DNA of 64,000 bases from Cyanobacteria bacterium auto_48_18 (GTDB taxonomy: Bacteria; Cyanobacteriota; Vampirovibrionia; Obscuribacterales; Obscuribacteraceae). A program made the position numbers and the translations under genes. The stretch lies in the NCBI GenBank assembly GCA_036170915.1, contig JAVHQC010000029.1, positions 1-64,000 of the forward strand, given 5' to 3'. This document shows positions 21,301 through 29,290 of this stretch, one piece after another (positions within the stretch are counted from its first letter, which is position 1; every line of letters starts with the position of its first letter). Below the pieces are notes generated by a model. The model saw only the letters and a program-made list of their open reading frames with translations, did not search any database and had not been told where the DNA came from.

Positions 21301-21497
21301 TCAAAATGATCGCTGACAACCATGGCTGACAGCCGCTCTTCCACCAGTTTTTTGTAACGATGCGAGGGCACGGTGACTATGGCTTGCTTGCCACTGAGCA
21401 TTTTTTCGCGGCAATGTGCCACCACCTGATTCAATAACCAGATTGATTTGCCGGAACGATAAGGGCCGGTAACTAGCTCAATAGTTCTTTCTGACAA
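18381..21497 (-). CDS. addB: ATP-dependent nuclease subunit B (AddB-like, PD-(D/E)XK nuclease with Fe-S cysteines)
   Basis: GPYRSGKS, DGFDRF, CPFRF, GRVDRID..VIDYKS, QLPVY and CKHCDHKQLC. Directly upstream of addA. Confidence 0.85.
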   Translation of the reverse strand: MSERTIELVTGPYRSGKSIWLLNQVVAHCREKMLSGKQAIVTVPSHRYKKLVEERLSAMVVSDHFDRTDNGSDASMLNAALPVKAGLVGLKILPFYDLCHQVLRQAGCGFRLIPDGIRPAILVKAIEKVKASGRLTGLESIADFAGTHAFMLELIDELERAGFSPAEVISQLKKVAASDARYMELGRVYEAYWLELEGLNVFDERKLAYKTREILNKLEPDVLNIGLLATDGFDRFNRLQLQVLSGIARQSERNIIAFDYVANEVNYSWKDKSLKEMKEAFGGALKQTAFTTNSGAKKAEVLNFKTLDRLMEMEEIAREAKKCLVDGYAADEIIVVARSLSPYITAIRAAFERAQVNYFLDQPIELGSLPLVRYLRRLLHLPISDFGRQDVVRTLASPFFNRAYLGLSPAEIEEIDDQSLSSLTVKGASDWRWALKLGKLIERLSMERNAQSVSTEKSLTEHVAFVEDLIDDLLVLPNDEEFSDPLVSWEEHQALFEFRQVLANLVMEESLLTHAYGPQLQTYAVFFKRLEHVLDQANFRRPKISKEAITVCSADLVPNRRYKVIIMAGLNEGEFPRRSDQAGFLSRDEVRKWLSYGIDIENPRHHQSFEPSLYESLVERASDKLCQSCPMHEMSGEELMPSFFLTRGDEAVARQITFRAPRVEALRAPTSAQEFGAGWLWLSGRRAMENLDKLPPSVRQFLAGLELPFATVQARTEARRGPFGELNGKLTEQVGLGLISVKTPEMWSVSKLNDYGKCPFRFWVSHMLKIAPVEEPELGLDSRLLGEVYHKALEFFYLELQSQSLSILDSNHGRVQTIFEQSIELAIGWLEQSRKFRRTDFWQYEKQEISFRLRRFFAKEKERAARNNGEFVPTYFEKGFGFRDGDSAPALTLRTNGTEIKMHGRVDRIDIAADGRVKVIDYKSSSGAISKRETLAGRNMQLPVYAMAVQHAILANGNTQVKSGQFLSFSSGEQIGQIDFQDGEDYIGLTQNYIGEFVSAIKGGDFSVNPSSPDSCKHCDHKQLCRITELGGESDNAD

Positions 21498-21523
21498 TGT
21501 TTATTCTGGGTCATGGCAAAATT

Positions 21524-21599
<76 letters not shown>

Positions 21600-21636
21600 A
21601 CGCCCCAATCTTAACACTCTCACGGCCTGGCCAGAT

Positions 21637-22329
21637 TTAATTGGCGCGAACCATTTCTTCGAGGGCATTCATATTATGGATGGTCACTCGTTTAGATTCG
21701 ATGTCGATCCAGTGACTATCTTTGAAACGGTTGAGAATTTGTGTCACGGTCACCCGGGAAGAGCCAACCATATCGGCAATCTCCTGGTGGGTGAGGGGAA
21801 ACTCTACCCGCACACCGTGAGGGGTGACCTTGCCATGAGTATCAGCCAGGGTGAGCAAAAGCCGGGCCACGCGGCTCGGAACTTGCCGGAAAACCAGGTC
21901 TTCAATACGGGCGTTGGCTTGCCTGAGGCGATCGCCAATCACGCCGATGAAGCGCAGCCCAAATTCAGGATTCTCGCGCACAAAGCTGAGAAACGACTCG
22001 CGGCTGATCTGATAAATACGTGAGTCTTCAAGTGTTTCGGCATAGCTATCGTGCTCAGTGTTCTCCCAGGCCGCTTCGCCAATCATGTCGCCGGGTCCAA
22101 GCAAGGCCAGAATGACCGTTTTGCCTTCAGTGGAGAGGCGGGTGACACGCACTCTTCCTTTTTCTATAAAGTAGATTGCGTCGCAGGCGCCGCCTGGCGA
22201 AAATATGGTGTGATGCTTGGGCAATTCGAGCTCTTCTAAAATGCCCAGAAGACGGCCGAGCTCAACCGGGTTAAACGCTTCGAAGATCTCTGCGTGCCTT
22301 AAGCTAAATAGCCGCTGAGCACTTTTCAT
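21637..22329 (-). CDS. Crp/Fnr family transcriptional regulator
   Basis: cNMP-binding domain (YFIEKGRV, LGPGDMIGE) and HTH LTHQEIADMVGSSRVTVTQIL. Strong AAGGAGGT RBS before ATG 22329. Confidence 0.92.
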   Translation of the reverse strand: MKSAQRLFSLRHAEIFEAFNPVELGRLLGILEELELPKHHTIFSPGGACDAIYFIEKGRVRVTRLSTEGKTVILALLGPGDMIGEAAWENTEHDSYAETLEDSRIYQISRESFLSFVRENPEFGLRFIGVIGDRLRQANARIEDLVFRQVPSRVARLLLTLADTHGKVTPHGVRVEFPLTHQEIADMVGSSRVTVTQILNRFKDSHWIDIESKRVTIHNMNALEEMVRAN

Positions 22330-22612
22330 CAAAGACCTCCTTAAATTTGCGTCAAATCACGATAAAAGAGTCGGCAAAATTGAACTTTGCCGAGGAAATA
22401 AACGTTATCTGTATTACCCTTCGAAAAAATTTTGTTGGGTAACAACCTTTTTATACCCTCAGCCCCCCTTTTCTAACTTAAATCAGGGGAGGTCGAGGAG
22501 AGAAAAGGTCGGAAACACATAAAGTGCACCCCGAGCAATCAACCAATCACATATACACTAGACAGCATGCGGGTTGTGCTTACTTTTTATCTGTGCAAGC
22601 TGGCAAAACCGC

Positions 22613-22657
22613 TATAATTTGCTGGTACATGAGAATTCTGCAGATTTTCGGTACCAG
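22613..22657 (+). promoter_or_regulatory. Candidate recA promoter -10 box with adjacent inverted repeat
   Basis: TATAAT at 22613-22618, immediately followed by CTGGTAC...TCTGCAGA...GTACCAG (22622-22657). No clear -35. Confidence 0.4.
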
Positions 22658-22759
22658 TCTATTTATGAAATAAACGCTCTGCTGTTCTGTTGCCCACGGT
22701 TGTCAGCTTGGCTTTTTCAGCTCAACTATTTTTAGATTTATGATGTGAGGAGATTTAAT

Positions 22760-23914
22760 ATGGCATTACAGACAAAAGAGAAAGCAGTGGACAAACAAGA
22801 AAAGGCGCCAATTGAAAAAGTCGCCAGAGTTAAGGACACTTCTGGTTCTGAAGACAAAAGCAAAAGTCACGCTCCTTCTGCAGAACGCCTCAAAGCACTG
22901 GGCTTAGCCCTCGATTCAATTAAAAAGCAATACGGCGACGGCTCAATCATGAAATTGGGCGATTCACGCAACAATCAGATTGAGGCTGTACCGACAGGCG
23001 CCATCACTTTAGACGTCGCTCTCGGCGTCGGTGGTCTACCACGGGGCAGAATCATCGAAATCTACGGTCCTGAATCTTCTGGTAAAACCACTCTGGCGCA
23101 ACACGTTGCCGCTGAAGTGCAAAAACTTGGTGGCATTGCCGCTATTGTCGATGCTGAGCACGCCATGGATCCTGACTATGCTCGCGCTCTAGGCGTCAAT
23201 GTAGATGAGCTCTTGATTTCGCAGCCAGATACCGGCGAACAAGCTTTAGAAATCACTGAGCAATTAGTGCGCTCCGGAGCCGTCGATCTGATTATCGTTG
23301 ACTCAGTGGCAGCACTGGTGCCAAAAGCTGAAATTGAGGGCGAAATGGGGGACAGCCTGCCAGGTTTGCAAGCAAGACTTATGAGCCAGGCTCTGCGCAA
23401 ACTCACTGCAATTGTAAGCAAAACTCATACATCCATCATTTTCATCAACCAGTTGCGCCAAAAAATCGGTGTCATGTACGGTAACCCTGAAACCACCACT
23501 GGTGGCAACGCTCTTAAATTCTACGCCTCCATCAGACTCGACATTCGCAAAATCGAAACTCTGAAAAAAGATGGTGTCGAAATCGGTAACCGCGTTAAAG
23601 TCAAAGTTGTTAAAAACAAGTGCGCACCACCATTCCGCATTGCTGAATTTGACATCATTTACGGACGTGGTATCAACACTGCCGGTTGCTTGCTCGATAT
23701 GGGCGCTGAAATGGATATCGTCAAAAAATCAGGCACCTGGTTCAGCTATAAAGAAGAAAGAATTGGACAAGGTCGTGACCAGGCCAGAACTTTCCTCGAA
23801 GCACACCCTGAAATGCTCAAAGAAATCGAAGTGCGCATCAAAACGCAACTCGCCACTAGCGGCGCTCCGGTGAAAGAACCAAAAGAAAAAGATAAAGACA
23901 AAAAAGACAGCTGA
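22760..23914 (+). CDS. recA: Recombinase A
   Basis: [26 protein letters not shown] and [30 protein letters not shown]. Charged N- and C-terminal extensions. Confidence 0.99.
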   Translation: MALQTKEKAVDKQEKAPIEKVARVKDTSGSEDKSKSHAPSAERLKALGLALDSIKKQYGDGSIMKLGDSRNNQIEAVPTGAITLDVALGVGGLPRGRIIEIYGPESSGKTTLAQHVAAEVQKLGGIAAIVDAEHAMDPDYARALGVNVDELLISQPDTGEQALEITEQLVRSGAVDLIIVDSVAALVPKAEIEGEMGDSLPGLQARLMSQALRKLTAIVSKTHTSIIFINQLRQKIGVMYGNPETTTGGNALKFYASIRLDIRKIETLKKDGVEIGNRVKVKVVKNKCAPPFRIAEFDIIYGRGINTAGCLLDMGAEMDIVKKSGTWFSYKEERIGQGRDQARTFLEAHPEMLKEIEVRIKTQLATSGAPVKEPKEKDKDKKDS

Positions 23915-23946
23915 TTACTTTGAATCACCAATCAGTTAACTAATTG

Positions 23947-23983
23947 AAAAAGATGGAGTGGTTTGAATCACTCCATCTTTTTT
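23947..23983 (+). terminator. Intrinsic terminator after recA
   Basis: AAAAAGATGGAGTG...CACTCCATCTTTTTT long stem with a T-tail. Confidence 0.85.
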
Positions 23984-24000
23984 CTATTCCAGAGAGATAG

Positions 24001-25614
24001 TTGGCAAAAGCAGTGGCGGCGAAAAAAACTACCACAAAAAAATTACCGGCAGCGGCGAAGAAATTTTCATTTGCGCCCAGGCAGTGGTTGGCGGCCCTGG
24101 CTGCCGGAGCGCTGCTTGGACTTGCTGCACCTGGCATTAATCAATGGTATCTAGCCTGGTTTGCTCTGGCCCCACTTTTTCTTTTGATTTACAGCAACAA
24201 TAATCACTATGTCAAACAGATTCTCTTGGCTTTTGTCTTTGGCCTGGCCTATAACCTGGTTTACCTCCACTGGTACCTTAATTTGGCACCACTTGACTGG
24301 CTCGGTTTTCCAGGAATTTACGGCAATTTGCTGGCCACTTTGGCCTGGATAATTACCGCCACTCATCAAGCTCTGGCATTTTTACTCTTTGCCGCCATAG
24401 TGGCCAGGTTGCCGCTTAAAACATCTTTCAGAATAGCTAAAAAAGGCCGCGGTTTTATCAATTGGCCGGTGTGGCTGCTGCCTTTACTCTGGGTTCTAAT
24501 CGTCAATAAATTAGGCAACATGCCAGACCTTTTAGGCGTGCCCTGGACGATGCTCGAATATACGCAATATCAGCAACCACAGCTATTGCAAAGCGCCTCC
24601 ATTATTGGTGGTGTAGGTATCTGCGCACTAATTGTCATGGTCAATGTCACCATCGCCTCTTTCATTGCCACCATTGTCGGCAAAAACAAATTTAAAGCTC
24701 TCGCTGCTGAAAACAAGGTTACAGCAGCATTTCATTGTCTTTTTACCGCCATTGTAGTGGTACTGATTTTCACCATGGGTTATTTTCAAGAAAAAGCACT
24801 GCCTACTAATGACGCCATTGTCAGCACCGCCCTGGTGCAGGGCGGCATTAATATCGACATGCAAAAAACTGTACACCGCTTCACTATTGAAGATTTGCTG
24901 GAAAATTACGACAAGCTTTTAACCGAATATGATTGCCGTGATCAACTAGTGGTTTTGGCCGAAGGAGCGCTGCCCACCTATTTGCGCGATCAGCCTGGTG
25001 TGCTCAACTGGCTCAAAAACAAGGCTTATACGAAACATCTTGATCTGGTAATAGGATCGATGGATAAAAGCGCTGCTAACAGGCCCTTCAATGCCGCCTA
25101 TGGCATTACCAGTGGTGGCATTGTTTTAAGCGATATTTATCACAAACGCTTTCTTGTTCCCATAGGCGAATATACACCACTAATGGTGCATTACTTGCCT
25201 GAGTGGGTCAAACGCTGGACTAATACTCCTGCTGGTGGGGGCTTTGCTGCTGGTAAAGAACCTGTGATTTTGCCCTTACCTAGTGGTCGAGTGGCACCGC
25301 TGATTTGCTTCGAATCAATCTCACCTGAAGTAACAGCGGCCAGTTGCAGAGCTGGTGGCCAGGTGCTCGCCAATATTTCAGATCTGGCCTGGTTTCACAA
25401 ATCTGATTGCGGGGAGCAAATGGTGGCTTTTTCTGTGCTGCGTGCCATAGAAAATAGACGGTATTGCCTTTTTGCTGCCAATACCGGACCATGCGCCATT
25501 ATTGATAAAGCTGGAAAAATTGTGCAATATCAACCGCAGGGCGGCAAACCAGTGCTGGTCGGCAAAATTGGACTAAATTCAAAAACCACTATTTTTGCCC
25601 AGTGGTTCAGATGA
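24001..25614 (+). CDS. lnt: Apolipoprotein N-acyltransferase
   Basis: Multi-TM N-terminus, GVPW, VQGGI, and the nitrilase triad E (AEGAL), K (YHKRFLVPIGEY), C (PLICFES). RAIENRR..AANTG. Confidence 0.92.
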   Translation: MAKAVAAKKTTTKKLPAAAKKFSFAPRQWLAALAAGALLGLAAPGINQWYLAWFALAPLFLLIYSNNNHYVKQILLAFVFGLAYNLVYLHWYLNLAPLDWLGFPGIYGNLLATLAWIITATHQALAFLLFAAIVARLPLKTSFRIAKKGRGFINWPVWLLPLLWVLIVNKLGNMPDLLGVPWTMLEYTQYQQPQLLQSASIIGGVGICALIVMVNVTIASFIATIVGKNKFKALAAENKVTAAFHCLFTAIVVVLIFTMGYFQEKALPTNDAIVSTALVQGGINIDMQKTVHRFTIEDLLENYDKLLTEYDCRDQLVVLAEGALPTYLRDQPGVLNWLKNKAYTKHLDLVIGSMDKSAANRPFNAAYGITSGGIVLSDIYHKRFLVPIGEYTPLMVHYLPEWVKRWTNTPAGGGFAAGKEPVILPLPSGRVAPLICFESISPEVTAASCRAGGQVLANISDLAWFHKSDCGEQMVAFSVLRAIENRRYCLFAANTGPCAIIDKAGKIVQYQPQGGKPVLVGKIGLNSKTTIFAQWFR

Positions 25615-25621
25615 TGACTTC

Positions 25622-25704
25622 AAAAACTGGACCGTGCACGTTTCAGTTTTAAAAAGAACCAGGCCGGGTGACAACGACAATTTTTTCAAACTGAAACGGG
25701 TGCC
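25622..25704. repeat. REP-like palindrome copy with companion motif and a half copy
   Basis: AAAAACTGGACCGTGCACGTTTCAGTTTT (25622-25650), CCGGGTGAC (25664-25672) and AAACTGAAACG (25688-25698). Lies between convergent genes. Confidence 0.8.
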
Positions 25705-25720
25705 TTTAATATCTTCAGCT

Positions 25721-26056
25721 TTACTTGCTGTACTTAACCGCGGCGCTAACTTCAACGGTAACCAGTGTTTTACCGCTCTGATTGTTAACGCTCTTAATTG
25801 TGCCCATGGCAACTTCGCCCCATGATTGAGAGTGCGGCGTCATGCCTTCACCCTGCTGCATCACTTTGACGTACTCATTTTTCTCGTTTTTGCGATTAAT
25901 TGAGCCTTCCACTTCGATGACAATGCTTGTCAGCCCTGCCACGGTTTTGGGTTTGCCAGAAAGGCGGCCCTTGGCGATTTCTTCCCAGCGTTGATTAGTG
26001 GTATTGGTGCCTTCGCCCCATTCGAGAACCTGAACAGGCTTGCTCAGTCTAATCAT
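25721..26056 (-). CDS. Small hypothetical protein built from two tandem repeats of about 50 aa
   Basis: GAGG RBS before ATG 26056. VQVLEWGEG...QRWEEIAKG matches VKVMQQGEG...QSWGEVAMG. Confidence 0.75.
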   Translation of the reverse strand: MIRLSKPVQVLEWGEGTNTTNQRWEEIAKGRLSGKPKTVAGLTSIVIEVEGSINRKNEKNEYVKVMQQGEGMTPHSQSWGEVAMGTIKSVNNQSGKTLVTVEVSAAVKYSK

Positions 26057-26117
26057 TGCCAATTCCTCAAACTTAAAACCGCATCTACAGCCAAAACGTT
26101 ATCACATTTCAGGGCTG

Positions 26118-27047
26118 CTACTTATGCTTACGCAAATTTGCCACGATGTCATGTAAATAATCTTCAAGGTGCCGACCTTCCAGATCGAACAAGTCATGAG
26201 CATCTTGGGAGGAACTGAAAGAATCAGCAATGAGAATCTGAGCCAACTCTAAAGTAATCGTGTTTTTCGGCAACACCTTGGTGGCCATTTCAAAAGCCTT
26301 ACCCGATAACTGACTGGGAATTGTCATGGTGGTGCCGGACAAGCCGAACTCAAAGCGAATAGTTTCGAGCATTTCCATCAGTGAATATTCTTTCGGACCG
26401 ACAATCTCCAGCACTCGGCCGGTTGATTCTTTCATATAGATGCAATCGACAACGCACTTAGCCACTTCGTCGACATGGACGGGCATTAGCATGTTTAAGC
26501 CACTGCCAACCACTGGTAACACCGGTTTGAAGGTGACCAGCGGTTTAATCATTTCTACATATGGAAACCGTTCGCCAAACATATACGAAGGTCTGAGAAT
26601 GGTCCAATATAAATCAGACTGGCGCACCAGCTCATCTCCCGCAAACTTACTGGAGAGATATTCACTGCTTGATTCGGCGCGCGCACCAAGACAACTGACC
26701 TGCACAAAGCGCTGAATGCCGCGTTCTTTAGCCATGGTGGTTAATTTTTCCACCAGCTCCACATTGAGATATTCGTAAGAACTAGAGCGGGAGCCGTCTA
26801 CATTTAGCCTGAAGCTGCCAGAAATATTGACGATGCCAGTGACGTCTTCCAGGGCCCTTTCCAAGACATCGTCATTTTCAAGCGAACCGACCACGACATT
26901 GATACCGCGTTTGCGATACTGAGAAAGGTTCGATGACTTCCAATCGCCGGCGCCACGCGTCAATAACCGAATAGGGTATTCGCGAGTCATCATCAACTCG
27001 ACCACCGGCACACCAAGGAAACCAGTTCCGCCTACAAGCAGCAGCAA
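26118..27047 (-). CDS. Atypical SDR / NAD(P)-dependent epimerase (complex I NDUFA9-like)
   Basis: VGGTGFLG Rossmann motif, RFVQVSCLGA, YLSSK, WTILRPS and PVHVDEVA. Confidence 0.88.
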   Translation of the reverse strand: MLLLVGGTGFLGVPVVELMMTREYPIRLLTRGAGDWKSSNLSQYRKRGINVVVGSLENDDVLERALEDVTGIVNISGSFRLNVDGSRSSSYEYLNVELVEKLTTMAKERGIQRFVQVSCLGARAESSSEYLSSKFAGDELVRQSDLYWTILRPSYMFGERFPYVEMIKPLVTFKPVLPVVGSGLNMLMPVHVDEVAKCVVDCIYMKESTGRVLEIVGPKEYSLMEMLETIRFEFGLSGTTMTIPSQLSGKAFEMATKVLPKNTITLELAQILIADSFSSSQDAHDLFDLEGRHLEDYLHDIVANLRKHK

Positions 27048-27079
27048 ATAAAGTTTCCTTTCAAAATACTGGTTGCCAA

Positions 27080-28972
27080 CTAAAAGCGTACGCCAAAGTT
27101 GCTGCCACCAAATCTAATACCACTACCCATGCCGCCCATACCATTCATTCCGTACCCGCCGGCCGGATAGCCATAAGGGCTGAAGCCATTATTAAAACCG
27201 GTATATCCGCCGAGTGGAGGAATCGCCGGAATCGCCCCAGGATAACCATAACCGGTTCCCATGCCCATACCCATGCCACCCATACCCATAGGGAGGCCAC
27301 CAATGCCGGTGCCGTAACCACCACCATACTGAGTGATGCCGTTTGTATAAACTTGCGACGGATAACCGGTGGAGCGGCCGACAATCTGCCCGGTACTGGG
27401 ATTAATCAGGTTTCCAGAAAGTGTATCAACCAACATGCCTGTACTGGGGTCGCGCACCATGCCGCCACCACCCGCCATACCATAGCTGCCCACGTATCCG
27501 CCACCAAGCATATTGCCAATCGAATTGATGATGCGACCAAGGCCGCCTGTGCCACGGGTTTGAGTGCTCTGACTCACAGTCATGCCGCTACCCATAGATG
27601 AACTACCTAGAGCACCACCACCACCCATGAGTGATGACAGGCCGCTGCCTGTGCCCATATCCATATCGTCGTCCATGTCCATATCAAGCGAGCGACGATT
27701 AGCCCTGGCAGTTTTAGGCGGAGCAGCTGCCACCGGCACTTTCGCCACCAGTTTACTGACCCGCTCAGGCAAACTCATTGAGGCTGCAGAATCTGTTTTA
27801 TTAGGGAAGACAGTTTCTTCCAGACGACTAACTCTATTGATCAAAGGATCTTGACTGAAAGTTTTGCCCAAGACCGCATTTTCCAGCGCAGCAACCTGAC
27901 TGCTTAAGCCAATGGCGCCCACGGCAGGAGTAGTAGGTTCATCATCATCAAAGCGATCGCTTGCTCTGCTTGAAGGCTTGAGCGGTCTCCTTGGAGCTGC
28001 AGAAGAAACAGTACTGGCTGAAGACATGCCGCCCATACCGTAGGCACCAGAAGCGGTATTGCCGGAAGAACCGCCGCCCATGCCATATGAACCCGACGCA
28101 CCTGATGCCACTCCACTTGAAGCACTGCTTCCGGTGGTGCCGTAACCGCCACCACTTGTGGTGCGGCCATAACCATCATTCTTCGTGAAAGGAGTAGTGC
28201 CGCCGGCTTTTGCTCTGGGGCCAGGGAAGCTGACATCATCATCTTCTTCATCGACCCAATCAGTTCCTGGTGGTGCTTTTTTGGCAATATCAATATTGGT
28301 TTTTTCTTTCAGAGCGTCAACACGTTCGCTCATATCGGTAAACTTCGAAGGCTTACCGAATACTTTCGATTCAAGACGGTTCAGACGATCTCCAACAGGC
28401 TCACTGGCATAATCACGCTTAAACAAGTTTTGCTCAAGTGCCGTTACGGCCGGATATTTGCTTTCGCCACTCAGCACTTGCCCACCAGGACGATTATTCT
28501 TTGTGCGCTCTTCAGTCAAATCTAAGTCGCTGTCAGCATTATTGACATTTCTTCTGCTGCGTTGCGGTTTACTGCCACTATCATTAGATGGCGCTGCAGA
28601 CGACCCTGAAGACGACCCTGAATCGCCCGCCTCGCTGGCCGTTTCAGCCAGATTGGGTACAGTAGCAGCCAGGTTCTTCAAACGCTCTTCACTTGAACCG
28701 GTGCGGCTTTCGCCGAAAATCATTTTCTCAAGGCGCTCAAGACGCACAGCTTCTTCATCTTTAGGATAAGTATGCTTAAAAAACTTAGTTTCAAGTTGCG
28801 AGAGCCGCACATCAGAGCCAATGGCGGCCTGTGCCGGCAGACCCAGCCATACAGTCTGGCCCTGGACAAAATTGAACGGAAGAGGCATGGACATGCCCAG
28901 AGAGAGACAGCAAGCGGTCAATATGCCAGTCAGCTTGAGATTAGATTTAGTAGTGCCTTTAGTAATCATCAT
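27080..28972 (-). CDS. Exported hypothetical protein with three LE..F...Y......R..RLE..FG repeats and a Gly/Met/Tyr-rich low-complexity C-terminus
   Basis: 630-aa ORF with a signal-like N-terminus (AQA-AI). Three aligned helical repeats separated by Ser/Gly linkers. Confidence 0.8.
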   Translation of the reverse strand: MMITKGTTKSNLKLTGILTACCLSLGMSMPLPFNFVQGQTVWLGLPAQAAIGSDVRLSQLETKFFKHTYPKDEEAVRLERLEKMIFGESRTGSSEERLKNLAATVPNLAETASEAGDSGSSSGSSAAPSNDSGSKPQRSRRNVNNADSDLDLTEERTKNNRPGGQVLSGESKYPAVTALEQNLFKRDYASEPVGDRLNRLESKVFGKPSKFTDMSERVDALKEKTNIDIAKKAPPGTDWVDEEDDDVSFPGPRAKAGGTTPFTKNDGYGRTTSGGGYGTTGSSASSGVASGASGSYGMGGGSSGNTASGAYGMGGMSSASTVSSAAPRRPLKPSSRASDRFDDDEPTTPAVGAIGLSSQVAALENAVLGKTFSQDPLINRVSRLEETVFPNKTDSAASMSLPERVSKLVAKVPVAAAPPKTARANRRSLDMDMDDDMDMGTGSGLSSLMGGGGALGSSSMGSGMTVSQSTQTRGTGGLGRIINSIGNMLGGGYVGSYGMAGGGGMVRDPSTGMLVDTLSGNLINPSTGQIVGRSTGYPSQVYTNGITQYGGGYGTGIGGLPMGMGGMGMGMGTGYGYPGAIPAIPPLGGYTGFNNGFSPYGYPAGGYGMNGMGGMGSGIRFGGSNFGVRF

Positions 28973-28973
28973 T

Positions 28974-29016
28974 GCTCAGGTTCCGGGCTCAGGTTCCGGG
29001 CGCAGGTTCCGGGCTC
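28974..29016. repeat. 13-bp tandem repeat x3 (GCTCAGGTTCCGG)
   Basis: Units at 28974, 28987 and 29000 (one mismatch) plus a partial unit. Abuts the start codon of the minus-strand gene. Confidence 0.9.
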
Positions 29017-29290
29017 TAAATTACGGGTTCAAACTTCTTCCAGCTAGGTTCTTCTTGTAGTTAGGAACTTCATGATCTTACCATGCTTTCCAAGACCTCT
29101 TGAGGCTCTAGTCGCAGGTGCAGCCCCTTGTATAGGCTAACTCTAACCCTAATTGATTTAGGACGACGGCGGCAAATCAATGTTCCCCTTGAAAAGGCAT
29201 ATCATCCTTTGACCTTGCCTTAACCAGATTGTAGCTAGTTATAATGCCTGTAGCAAAGTTTCCTGTTTTCAGACAACAGCCAGGGGTTCA

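Noticed and set aside
21637..22329. Naming the regulator ntcA or crp
   Set aside because: Only the RVTVT helix resembles NtcA, and I saw no exact GTA-N8-TAC box in its upstream region, so orthology cannot be assigned by eye.
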